Shown: one piece after another, positions 7,707 to 16,812 of the stretch
Position numbering within the stretch: the stretch's first letter is position 1
Layout: every line of letters starts with the position of its first letter
Assembly (NCBI GenBank): GCA_007128275.1
Contig: SKXR01000211.1
Coordinates: forward strand, 1 to 40,534
Source: Kiritimatiellia bacterium
GTDB taxonomy: Bacteria; Verrucomicrobiota; Kiritimatiellia; SLAD01
Reading direction: 5' to 3'
Length of the DNA stretch: 40,534 bases
Translations under genes and position numbers: made by a program
The notes under the pieces: model-generated
What the model was told of the DNA's origin: nothing
What the model saw: only the letters and a program-made list of their open reading frames with translations
Databases searched by the model: none

Positions 7707-9788
7707 ATGAGCCGTTCCGTCTTTCAACTTGAGTCCGCGTTCCAACCCACCGGGGATCAGCCGGAGGCGATCCGTCAGCTCTGCGCGGCCATGGACGCAG
7801 GCCGACGGTACACGGCGCTGGAAGGCGTGACCGGATCCGGGAAGACATTCACCATGGCCAATGTGATCGCCCATGCCGATAAACCCACGCTGGTCATTTC
7901 GCATAACAAGACGTTGGCGGCACAATTGTATGCCGAGTTGAAATCCTTCTTCCCACACAATGCGGTCGAGTATTTCATCAGCTACTACGACTATTACCAG
8001 CCTGAAGCCTATATCCCTCAGACCGATACCTTCATCGAGAAGGATGCGGCGATCAACGAGGAAATCGAACGCCTACGCCTTGCGGCGACGGACGCGTTGC
8101 TGAACCGGGAGGATGTGGTGATCATTGCGTCGGTTTCCTGCATCTACGGGTTGGGATCGCCGGAGGATTATCGTGAAATGGTCGTGGGCATCGAGAAGGG
8201 CGGGGAGATGGACCGCGACCATATCCTGAAAAAACTGGTCGACATCCAATATACCCGCAACGACATGGAGCAAATGCCCGGTACATTCCGCGTACGGGGC
8301 GATGCGCTGGATATCTATCCGTCCTACGCCAAGTCGGCGATCCGCATCGACTTCTTTGGCGACGAAGTGGAGCGCATACGCCGGGTCGAACCGTTGACGG
8401 GCCACGTGGAGGCGGAATTGGACCGCGCCCTGATCTCGCCGGCCAAACATTTTGTCATGCCGTACACGAAGATCGAGGCGTCCATGGAGAAGATCAAAGC
8501 CGAAATGGAAGAGCGCGTACAATGGTTTGAAGCACACGGTAAACTTTTGGAAGCGCAACGCATTCGTATGCGCACGCAATACGACATGGAAATGCTCAAG
8601 GAATTGGGATACTGCCAGGGCATTGAGAACTACAGTCGCCATCTGGCGGGGCGGGAAGCCGGCGAACGGCCCGCCTGTCTGCTGGACTACTTCCAGCGCG
8701 ATTTTCTGACCATCGTGGATGAATCCCACGTGACGCTGCCACAGGTACGCGGCATGTTTAACGGTGACCGGGCGCGCAAGACCGTACTCGTCGACCACGG
8801 ATTCCGGTTGCCGTCGGCCCTCGACAATCGACCCCTGAATTTCCAGGAATTCATGTCCGTGACGGGACAAATGGTATTCACCTCCGCGACGCCCGGACCG
8901 CAGGAAAAAGAACTGGCCGGGGAACCGATCCGGCAGGTGATTCGACCGACCGGCATTTTGGATCCTGTGGTGGAGGTCCGTCCCTTGGACAACCAGATTG
9001 ACGATCTGATGGAGGAGGTCCGGCACTGTGTGGAATCCAATGAGCGCGTGTTGGTCACGACGCTCACCAAGCGGACTGCGGAGGATCTTTCGGAATACCT
9101 GCAGCGCTTCGACATGCGCGTGCGCTATTTGCATTCTGACATCGACGCCATTGAGCGGGTGGAAATCCTGCGTCAATTGCGCAAGGGGGATTTTGACTGC
9201 CTCATCGGCATCAACCTGTTGCGCGAAGGCCTGGATTTGCCGGAAGTCGCGTTGGTGGCGATTCTGGATGCGGACAAGGAGGGGTTTCTCCGCTCGGAAA
9301 CGTCCCTGATCCAGACGGCGGGGCGCGCCGCACGGCATATCAACGGGCGGGTATTGATGTATGCCGATACGGTCACAGAATCCATGCGAAAGATGTTGGA
9401 AGTGACTCGTGCGCGACGGAAGGTGCAGGCGGCGTTCAATGAGGCAAACGGCATCACACCGCACAGTATTCGCAAGAGCATCCAGGAAGGCTTGTCGACC
9501 GAGAAGGAAGTGATGGACGAAGTGGATCAGGCCGTGTTGCGGGAGGCGGGCGAGGATTATGACGTACACGCCGTTATTCAGGACATGGAACGCGAAATGT
9601 TGGAGGCGGCGGAATCCCTGGAATTTGAGCGGGCTGCGATATTGCGCGATCAACTGTACGAATTGCGCGCCAGTAAGGACGGCGCGCCACGCCCCAAGAA
9701 ACGCGGTGCCAAGCCGGATCAGATGACCCAACGCGTCGTACGCTCCAAAGGAGGCGGAAAGCGAAGGGGAGCACGCAAGCGAGGCTGA
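7707..9788 (+). CDS. uvrB: Excinuclease ABC subunit B
   Basis: FQLESAFQPTGDQPEAI, Walker A GVTGSGKTFT, YYDYYQPEAY, helicase motifs DESHVT and REGLDLPEV, and a C-terminal UVR motif (LEFERAAILRDQL). The ATG at 7707 is preferred; GTG at 7677 is also possible. Confidence 0.95.
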   Translation: MSRSVFQLESAFQPTGDQPEAIRQLCAAMDAGRRYTALEGVTGSGKTFTMANVIAHADKPTLVISHNKTLAAQLYAELKSFFPHNAVEYFISYYDYYQPEAYIPQTDTFIEKDAAINEEIERLRLAATDALLNREDVVIIASVSCIYGLGSPEDYREMVVGIEKGGEMDRDHILKKLVDIQYTRNDMEQMPGTFRVRGDALDIYPSYAKSAIRIDFFGDEVERIRRVEPLTGHVEAELDRALISPAKHFVMPYTKIEASMEKIKAEMEERVQWFEAHGKLLEAQRIRMRTQYDMEMLKELGYCQGIENYSRHLAGREAGERPACLLDYFQRDFLTIVDESHVTLPQVRGMFNGDRARKTVLVDHGFRLPSALDNRPLNFQEFMSVTGQMVFTSATPGPQEKELAGEPIRQVIRPTGILDPVVEVRPLDNQIDDLMEEVRHCVESNERVLVTTLTKRTAEDLSEYLQRFDMRVRYLHSDIDAIERVEILRQLRKGDFDCLIGINLLREGLDLPEVALVAILDADKEGFLRSETSLIQTAGRAARHINGRVLMYADTVTESMRKMLEVTRARRKVQAAFNEANGITPHSIRKSIQEGLSTEKEVMDEVDQAVLREAGEDYDVHAVIQDMEREMLEAAESLEFERAAILRDQLYELRASKDGAPRPKKRGAKPDQMTQRVVRSKGGGKRRGARKRG

Positions 9789-9888
9789 CCGTTCGCACGA
9801 TGGGGAACCATGCGCCTTGTGCGTCTATAATCCCGATTGAACAGATCTTAGGAAGATGCTTTACTGACCGAGAAAGGATGGAGGCTTC

Positions 9889-10758
9889 ATGGAATCGGGT
9901 TGGCCGTTGGGGAAAGAGTTGGACGAGCTGATTGTGCGTGCGATTGCCGAGGACATGGGGTCCGGCGATGTCACGACGCAATCCTTGGTTCCGGCTAACG
10001 CGAGTGCCGAGGCGCATATTGTTGCCCGCACGGACGGCGTCGTTTCGGGCACCAAAGTCGCGGCGGCTGTGTTTCGCCATCTGGACCCCAAAATTACGAT
10101 CAAGATTGTGAGCGCAGACGGCGAGCGGGTCGGCCCGGGGGCGGTGTTGCTGCACGTAAAAGGGGCGGCTCGCGCAATTTTGAGCGGAGAACGCACGGCG
10201 CTGAATTTCATGCAGCGCATGAGCGGGATCGCGACGGAGACCTCACGGTATGTCGAGGAGGTCAAGCCCTATGGGGTCCGGATTCTGGACACCCGGAAGA
10301 CGACCCCGACGTTGCGCGCCCTGGAAAAATACGCGGTACAATGCGGCGGTGGAGAGAATCACCGATTGGGGTTATACGATCGCGTCATGATCAAGGATAA
10401 TCATCTGGCATTCTGGCGCCGCCTGGAAGGGACCACGGCCGAAGCGGTACGCGCGGCGCGTAAACGCTATCCGGACCTGGAAATTGAAGTGGAGATCGAT
10501 CGGCCCGATCAGTTGGACGAGTTGCTGGAAGACCCGCCCGATTGGGTGTTGCTCGATAATATGTCGCCGGACGATATCCGGGAGTGTGTGGCGCGATGCG
10601 GCGGCCGCACCAAGATTGAGGTGTCGGGGGGCGTTACGCTGGAAACCGTCGCGGCGTATGCGGCGGCCGGTCCTGACGCGATTTCGGTCGGGGCGCTGAC
10701 GCATTCCGTAGTGGCGATGGATATGTCGTTGGAGTGGATGGTGCAGTGTCCGGCATGA
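9889..10758 (+). CDS. nadC: Nicotinate-nucleotide pyrophosphorylase (quinolinate phosphoribosyltransferase)
   Basis: ERTALNFMQRMSGIAT, ILDTRKTTPTLRALEKYAVQCGGGENHRLGLYDRVMIKDNH and the LDNM motif. A GGAGG-like SD sits upstream of the ATG. Confidence 0.92.
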   Translation: MESGWPLGKELDELIVRAIAEDMGSGDVTTQSLVPANASAEAHIVARTDGVVSGTKVAAAVFRHLDPKITIKIVSADGERVGPGAVLLHVKGAARAILSGERTALNFMQRMSGIATETSRYVEEVKPYGVRILDTRKTTPTLRALEKYAVQCGGGENHRLGLYDRVMIKDNHLAFWRRLEGTTAEAVRAARKRYPDLEIEVEIDRPDQLDELLEDPPDWVLLDNMSPDDIRECVARCGGRTKIEVSGGVTLETVAAYAAAGPDAISVGALTHSVVAMDMSLEWMVQCPA

Positions 10759-11525
10759 AGATCTCTTCGCCACCGCGCTTGTTGGTCATCGATGTGGGTA
10801 ATTCCTCCACGTCTTTCGGACTGTATGCCGGTGGACGCATTCGCAAACAGGTCCGTGAAGTAACGCGGGATTTGAAACTGCGAAAGACGCAACGCGTGAT
10901 TCGGGATCTGCTAGGCCGTTTGGAGGTGGATGGAGCGGCACTGGCTTCCGTGGCGCCGTCGGTGAACGAGGTGCTCGTGAAAGCCATTCGCAGCGTGGCT
11001 CGGGTGTCCCCCTTACGCATCCACCATGCACTGTGTCTCGGGGCGCCCGTGACGTATCCGGACCCGGATTCCATTGGTGAAGATCGTCTGGCAAATCTGG
11101 CGGGGGCCGTGGCGAGGTACCACGCGCCGGTCATTGTGGTTGATATTGGAACCGCGACCACATTTGATATTATTCAGCGTCGCAAAGGATATACAGGCGG
11201 AATCATCGCGCCGGGGCCGGCGTTGATGCTGGAATATCTTGCGGAAAAAACGGCCTTGCTTCCGCGCATTGATCTTACGCCGGTAAGGCAGACCATCGGG
11301 AAGAGTACCGAGCAGGCCATGCGTATCGGCGCGCTGCACGGGTATCGGGGTATGGTCAAGGAGATCACCCATCATCTAATGCGACATATGAAGAACCGGA
11401 ATATCACGTTGTGCGCCACGGGCGGATATGCCCGCTGGGTCTTGCAGGGCATGGAATTGCCCTTTCTTTATGACAAGAATCTGACCTTGTACGGTATCGC
11501 GCGCATTTATGAGTTAAATACATGA
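10755..11525 (+). CDS. coaX: Type III pantothenate kinase
   Basis: LLVIDVGNSSTSFGLY, VVDIGTATTFD and CATGGYA motifs. The ATG at 10755 overlaps the nadC stop (ATGA). The ORF-track GTG at 10734 is less likely. Confidence 0.9.
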   Translation: MKISSPPRLLVIDVGNSSTSFGLYAGGRIRKQVREVTRDLKLRKTQRVIRDLLGRLEVDGAALASVAPSVNEVLVKAIRSVARVSPLRIHHALCLGAPVTYPDPDSIGEDRLANLAGAVARYHAPVIVVDIGTATTFDIIQRRKGYTGGIIAPGPALMLEYLAEKTALLPRIDLTPVRQTIGKSTEQAMRIGALHGYRGMVKEITHHLMRHMKNRNITLCATGGYARWVLQGMELPFLYDKNLTLYGIARIYELNT

Positions 11526-12340
11526 AAGAAACACCTCCTCGCCAGACCCGTATTGATCACTGTTTCAAAGCCCTGCGTGAGCGCGGCGAGAAAGGATTTG
11601 TCGCCTACATCACGGCGGGTGATCCGGACTTGGCGTCGACGTTCGAACAGGTGCTCGTCTTGGAACGGGCCGGCGTGGATATCGTGGAGTTGGGCATTCC
11701 TTTTTCCGATCCCCTGGCCGACGGAAAGGTCAATCAGGAGTCCGCCGCCCGTGCGTTGGCTTCCGGCACGACGCTGAACGGGATCTTTGATATGGTTCAG
11801 GCGTTACGCAAGAAGACGGATATCCCCATCATGTGTTATTGCTATATGAATCTGCTCTTTGCGCCGGGATTTGAGCGCACGATTAAACGGGGCGCCCGTG
11901 CGGGGATCGATGGGATGTTAATTTTGGATTTGCCCGTCGAGGAGAGCGCGGACTATGCCAAGCCCCTGAACGAAGTCGGCATGAATAACATTGTTTTGAT
12001 TACCCCGACCAGCCCGGACGCGCGGATCCAAGCCATTGTTCGGCACGCGAGCGGTTTTGTTTATGCCGTGTCACGCACGGGCGTCACGGGCATGCAAAGC
12101 AAACTGGATTCGTCCGCCAACGATCTGCTGAAGCGCGCCCGGAAAGCGACGGACTTGCCCTTGGCGCTGGGGTTCGGTATTTCCAATCCCGTTCAGGCGG
12201 CTGCGGCGGCGCGGCATGCGGATGCCGTGGTGGTCGGCAGCGCCATCGTGCAACAGTTTCATCAAGCCGGTGATTCCCGCGCCGCCCGGAAACGGGTGGG
12301 GGAATGGATGGCGTCCATGGTGCAGGCAGTAAAGGAGTGA
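11522..12340 (+). CDS. trpA: Tryptophan synthase alpha chain
   Basis: GFVAYITAGDPDL...VDIVELGIPFSDPLADGKVNQES...GFVYAVSRTGVTG...GFGIS. ATGA overlap with the coaX stop. Confidence 0.92.
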   Translation: MKETPPRQTRIDHCFKALRERGEKGFVAYITAGDPDLASTFEQVLVLERAGVDIVELGIPFSDPLADGKVNQESAARALASGTTLNGIFDMVQALRKKTDIPIMCYCYMNLLFAPGFERTIKRGARAGIDGMLILDLPVEESADYAKPLNEVGMNNIVLITPTSPDARIQAIVRHASGFVYAVSRTGVTGMQSKLDSSANDLLKRARKATDLPLALGFGISNPVQAAAAARHADAVVVGSAIVQQFHQAGDSRAARKRVGEWMASMVQAVKE

Positions 12341-12343
12341 TCA

Positions 12344-13429
12344 ATGACGGAGAGCATGTATGCGGTAATTTTGGCCGGCGGAAAAGGGGAACGGTTTTGG
12401 CCGCTTAGCACGTCGGCGTGCCCCAAACAACTGTTGTCGTTGGTGGGCGACAAGCCTCTGTTGGCGCAAGCCGTGGACCGATTGGATGGCCTGATCCCTC
12501 CGGAGCGGGTTTATGTCATCACCAACGAGGATTTGGTGGAACCCTCCCAGGCGGCCGCGCCGCAATTGCCGCCGGAAAACATCATCGGGGAGCCGATGGG
12601 CCGCGACACCGCGGCCGCCGCCGCGCTGGGCGCCGTGTTGGTGAAAGCGCACGATCCGAAGGCCTCGTTCTGCATCCTTACGGCGGATCATGTCATTGGC
12701 GATTTGGACGATTATCGCGCGACATTGCGCGAGAGTCTATTGTTGGCGCAGGAAGAAGATGTGTTGATCACCATCGGCATTCAACCGAATGAAGCGAGCA
12801 CGGGATACGGGTATATCGAGGCGACGACGGCCCATACCGAACGCAAGGGCGTTGAGTTTTTGAAAGCGAGCCGTTTTGTCGAAAAACCGGATCGGGAGAC
12901 GGCCCGCCGCTATCTTGCATCGGGTTCCTTCTTCTGGAACGCGGGCATGTTCATCTGGTCGGTGCCTACGCTGGAGAAGGCCTTGCGCCAACATCGTCCC
13001 GTGTTGGCGGACATGATGGACCGGTTGTTGCCCGAAGTGAAGACGCCGGAATTCCTGATTGAGTTGGCCCGGGAATATGAGTCCCTTGAAAAGATATCCA
13101 TTGATTACGCGTTAATGGAAAAGGCCGACAATATCCTGATGGTTCGCGGCGCTTTCCAGTGGGACGATGTCGGTTCATGGCCCGCGTTGGAGAACCATTT
13201 CGAACGGAACGCGGACGGCAACATCGCCATCGGCGATTGCCAAGCGGTGGAAACGGACGGCAATATAGTCTATTCCAAGGATCATCTGACCGCGCTCATT
13301 GGTGTGAAGGATCTGGTCGTGGTTCAGGCGAAAGGAGTCACCCTCATCTGCCCGCGTGACCGGGCGCAGGACGTCAAGAAACTGGTCGAAAAACTGAAGT
13401 CAACCGGTGGGTACGACGACCTGTTGTGA
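12344..13429 (+). CDS. Mannose-1-phosphate guanylyltransferase-like nucleotidyltransferase (no isomerase domain)
   Basis: N-terminal YAVILAGGKGERFWPLS nucleotidyltransferase motif, GYGYIE, FVEKPD, FFWNAGMFIW. 361 aa. Confidence 0.85.
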   Translation: MTESMYAVILAGGKGERFWPLSTSACPKQLLSLVGDKPLLAQAVDRLDGLIPPERVYVITNEDLVEPSQAAAPQLPPENIIGEPMGRDTAAAAALGAVLVKAHDPKASFCILTADHVIGDLDDYRATLRESLLLAQEEDVLITIGIQPNEASTGYGYIEATTAHTERKGVEFLKASRFVEKPDRETARRYLASGSFFWNAGMFIWSVPTLEKALRQHRPVLADMMDRLLPEVKTPEFLIELAREYESLEKISIDYALMEKADNILMVRGAFQWDDVGSWPALENHFERNADGNIAIGDCQAVETDGNIVYSKDHLTALIGVKDLVVVQAKGVTLICPRDRAQDVKKLVEKLKSTGGYDDLL

Positions 13430-13432
13430 TCC

Positions 13433-15181
13433 TTACAGGTATTCTTCCGACTGGAGCCGATCCAAATAATCGTGGGGATCGACAAGGGTGGGACGGGTGA
13501 AATCCGGCGGTTTGGTGGCTTGCCGGTCGAGTTTCTTCCGTTTGATCCAGAACTGGGGTTGCCGTTCGGCCAGCGCGATACTTTTGGAATGCTTTACGAT
13601 GCGATCGAGGCCCGCGATGTACTCGCTGAAATAGAAGCCGGCCAGCGGGGTCACGATTCGTTGCGCCACCTTGTCGGTAAAGGCCGCTTTGGTGTTCATG
13701 CTCAAAAGCACGTACTCATCGCGCATGCGTAGTATCTTTTCCGCCATCTGCTGGAATTCCCGGCCTTCCGGGTTCAGGGACTCAATGACGGCGCGGAAGA
13801 TGCGCAGCGCTCTTGCATAAAGGTCGAAGAGCATATCGAGCGAGTCCTTATCGACAAGCGTTGCGGTCGATTTATGCCGTCGTAACGAGAGGTCGCATAT
13901 CGCGTCGATATGATCGCCAATGCGTTCCAAGTCGATCATGCACCGGTCGACATGCTGAATCAGAATGGATTGTCGCCGGGACAGGTAACGGTCGGTAAGC
14001 CGTGTCAGATAATCCTTCATGGATATTTTAACTTCGTTCACCACGCGCTCGTTCATCTTGATTTCCCGTACGATGCGCTTGTCATGTTTAACGAAGACGG
14101 TCTCCGCACTGATCATCAGACTCCGCGCACAAATGCGGGCTACGCGTTGTAATTCCCGGATCGTCGCTTCCAACGCTTTCTCCGGAAATATCAACAGTTG
14201 GTCATCAAGGAAACTCGGTTGCGGTTCGGGTTTCCGGCTTCGGAGGATGGCGGAAACGGCCTTTGCGAACAGGGGCGTCACCGGCAGGATCAGGACGGCG
14301 GCCACCAGCATGACGGCCGTGTGCATGTTGGCGGTCTGCCGCAGGACATCGTCGGACGTGAGCGGGATCAGCCACAGAAAGAAGCGCTGTGCAATCAGCG
14401 CCAGCAGGACGTTGAGGACGTTGAAGGCGAGATGGGAAAAGGCGCAGCGACGAGCCTGAATATTGGTGCCGATACTGCTCAGCAAGGCTGTCGCACAGGT
14501 ACCGAGATGGGCGCCCAGCACGATAGGGAACGTTTGTTCGATCGACGTAAAGACGCCCGCTTGGATGAGCGCGAAACACATGCCAATGGTGGCTCCGCTA
14601 CTTTGCACCACGGCGGTAATGGCCGTGGCGAGCAGGACGCCGAGAAGCATACCGCGCCAGGTGTCCGCGCTGATGCCTTCGAGAAGCGGCGCCAAGGTTT
14701 CCCGATGCGGCTTGACGGCATCGCTCATGATGGTCATGCCCAGAAAAAGCAGGCCGAAGCCAAGCAAGGCGAGGCCAAACTGTTTTATGCGCGGATCGGG
14801 GACGCCCATCTTGATGATGAACCCGACGGCGATGATAAAGAAGGCGTAATCACCAAGTCGAAAGGAAATGGCCTGCATCGAAATGGTGGTACCCACGTTG
14901 GCGCCGAGAATAACGGGAACGGATTGAAAAAGGCTCATCAAGCCCGCATTGACGAATCCGACCAGCATCACGGAGGTGCCGCTGCTGTGGATGAGGAGTC
15001 CCAGTAACGTGCCGAGACCGATGCCGGCACAGCGATTCGCCGTGGTGCGGGCCAGAATATCGCGCAAACGGCTTCCGACGCCTTTGCGCAGTCCGTCCGT
15101 CATGACGTTCATCCCGAAGATGAACAACGCCAATCCACCGAGGACCGCAAAGATCAAAAAGAATAAGTCGCTTCCGTCCAT
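13433..15181 (-). CDS. Na+/phosphate cotransporter family protein with a PhoU-like C-terminal domain
   Basis: Duplicated Na/Pi-cotransporter motifs (GANVGTTISMQ, GAHLGTCATAL) in a polytopic N-terminal half. The helical C-terminal half resembles PhoU-like repeats (ERIGDHIDAI). Confidence 0.85.
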   Translation of the reverse strand: MDGSDLFFLIFAVLGGLALFIFGMNVMTDGLRKGVGSRLRDILARTTANRCAGIGLGTLLGLLIHSSGTSVMLVGFVNAGLMSLFQSVPVILGANVGTTISMQAISFRLGDYAFFIIAVGFIIKMGVPDPRIKQFGLALLGFGLLFLGMTIMSDAVKPHRETLAPLLEGISADTWRGMLLGVLLATAITAVVQSSGATIGMCFALIQAGVFTSIEQTFPIVLGAHLGTCATALLSSIGTNIQARRCAFSHLAFNVLNVLLALIAQRFFLWLIPLTSDDVLRQTANMHTAVMLVAAVLILPVTPLFAKAVSAILRSRKPEPQPSFLDDQLLIFPEKALEATIRELQRVARICARSLMISAETVFVKHDKRIVREIKMNERVVNEVKISMKDYLTRLTDRYLSRRQSILIQHVDRCMIDLERIGDHIDAICDLSLRRHKSTATLVDKDSLDMLFDLYARALRIFRAVIESLNPEGREFQQMAEKILRMRDEYVLLSMNTKAAFTDKVAQRIVTPLAGFYFSEYIAGLDRIVKHSKSIALAERQPQFWIKRKKLDRQATKPPDFTRPTLVDPHDYLDRLQSEEYL

Positions 15182-15276
15182 CCTGTATTACTCCGAAGAG
15201 CTAGCATAAGGAGAAGGCGACGATAGCACAATGGGAATTATAGAGGATACGGGGGTCGCGCAGCGAGGGGGGGGCG

Positions 15277-16812
15277 TCATTCCATCCCGTTGCGGAGTCG
15301 GTCTCGGGCGGTTTGGGTGGTGAGGGATTCACGGACGCGTTCGAGAGCCCGGCGTCGTATGTCGGAGATAGGCGGCAGGCCGGTGCGTTCGCGCAGGTCG
15401 GGATCGTGCAGGCGCGGTTCCATGTAGAGACGCCAGGTTTGGCGCGCGAGACGATCGTACCCGGCGGCGCGGTCCGTGTCGCCGAGGGCGAGCCAGAAAT
15501 GACTCTGATGCAACCACTCATCGATCATCGCCGAGACGCCCTGCGGACCAAGCTGGTCGAGGCGATCCGTGAAGAGCTCAATGACATATTGATCGAAGCC
15601 GCGATCCTCGGCTTCGGCGGGATAATGCGTGTGGAGTAGGTCAAACAGGTTACGCGCTTCGTCGATGCGGTGATGGGTGTACATGATAATCATGGCATTA
15701 TTGAGAAAATTCATGTGGGCGGCGCGCATGGCGTCGTCGTCAAATTCTTCCAGCGCCTCTTCCAGCGCCCGCATGGCGTAGGGGAGCAGGTCGGGGTTGG
15801 GGCCGGGGATAAACAGTTCTTCATCGGGATCATAGAAGAAACCGCCCTGTTGGAAGGCTTCGGATACACTGTGGAAGATCATCCGACTCATCATCTGTTC
15901 CTCGAATCCGTCGGCATGGGGGAGACCACTCCATGCCCAGTAGATGGCGTGGGCCTGGGGCAAGCGCCAGTCGAGCGGTCCGTGTTCGGCTTCGATCTCT
16001 TGCATACGCGACGGGATCAGACGATACCGGTCCACCATCATGCGCAGCCGGATATGATTCAGCAACACGCTGCCCGCTTCATGGTCCCGCATGATATTCC
16101 GCATCACGGGTATGCGATGGGTTTCAGGCCAGCGATATGTGAACGGTTCAAAGCCTTCCTCGCGCAATTGCGCGAGAAGTTCGCTCATACCCGGCACCTG
16201 CAACACGGCGGTGCGGCTTGTGGGCGTCTGCGCCAGTGCCGCGTAGTCCGGTCCCCGCCCGTCAAAGATCCGTTCCATTTCCAAGGCCCAGGCCAGTTTG
16301 TAAAACATGTGCGCTTGGTCCATCGATGCGCCGAGTTTATGTTGGAACAGCCAACCCAACTCGCGATGCAGCGTGGGATGGGCGGGGTTGTAGCGCAGCC
16401 CGCCGTCTCGCAGGAGTTCGATGCCGTGACGCACCCAGCGCCAGCGGTCTTCCGGTCGCGGGAACATGACACTGACATTGTAGGACAGATTCCACGCGTG
16501 ATAGATCCAGCCTTCCGGAAAGCGCGGTTGCAGTTTGGTGATCCAGTCGGCCAATTGCACCAACTCAAAGTATTGTCCGTCCATTTGCAATTGCGCGGCA
16601 CGCACCCAGAGGATATCGGCAATAATCCCGCTGAAGCCTCCGAGGGCGACCGTGGAAAAGACCACCAACGGCGGCGCGTTCTCCAACGGTTCCGCATGGT
16701 CCAAGTCATGCACGCGCCGCGCCTCGAGCAGGGGGGCATGCAGCGTCCCGGCGCCCCAAAGCAGAGCCAGGCCGAGCGCGCAGGGTAGAAACACGGTGAC
16801 GATTCGGTTCAT
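15277..16812 (-). CDS. Uncharacterised membrane-anchored helical protein, last gene of the ABC-2 operon
   Basis: - Start: ATG at 16812 overlaps the stop of the upstream permease (ATGA).
- N-terminus: MNRIVTVFLPCALGLALLWGAG hydrophobic segment, plus a second TM (VVFSTVALGGFSGIIADILW).
- Remainder: about 430 aa of Trp/His-rich, apparently all-helical sequence. I recognise no family. Confidence 0.7.
   Translation of the reverse strand: MNRIVTVFLPCALGLALLWGAGTLHAPLLEARRVHDLDHAEPLENAPPLVVFSTVALGGFSGIIADILWVRAAQLQMDGQYFELVQLADWITKLQPRFPEGWIYHAWNLSYNVSVMFPRPEDRWRWVRHGIELLRDGGLRYNPAHPTLHRELGWLFQHKLGASMDQAHMFYKLAWALEMERIFDGRGPDYAALAQTPTSRTAVLQVPGMSELLAQLREEGFEPFTYRWPETHRIPVMRNIMRDHEAGSVLLNHIRLRMMVDRYRLIPSRMQEIEAEHGPLDWRLPQAHAIYWAWSGLPHADGFEEQMMSRMIFHSVSEAFQQGGFFYDPDEELFIPGPNPDLLPYAMRALEEALEEFDDDAMRAAHMNFLNNAMIIMYTHHRIDEARNLFDLLHTHYPAEAEDRGFDQYVIELFTDRLDQLGPQGVSAMIDEWLHQSHFWLALGDTDRAAGYDRLARQTWRLYMEPRLHDPDLRERTGLPPISDIRRRALERVRESLTTQTARDRLRNGME

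Noticed and set aside
8073-9731. Very long antisense ORFs: 552 aa opposite uvrB here. Others are 33973..35592 opposite lepA, 36726..38294 opposite ruvX and the acidic protein, 18870..20141, 16842..18038 and 15670..16788 opposite the ABC operon, 29801..30730 opposite rnr, and 21344..22036 opposite ribB.
   Set aside because: In every case I checked, the shadow ORF is in the codon-aligned antisense frame. A stop there requires a sense TTA, CTA or TCA codon, and these are rare in GC-biased genes. The translations are Arg/His/Gly/Val-rich low-information sequence with no motifs, while the sense strands carry unmistakable conserved proteins.
15237-15242. A TATAAT-like -10 hexamer upstream of the Na/Pi cotransporter gene.
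   Set aside because: No acceptable -35 element lies at 17-nt spacing, and promoter consensus in this lineage is unknown. It is too weak to annotate.
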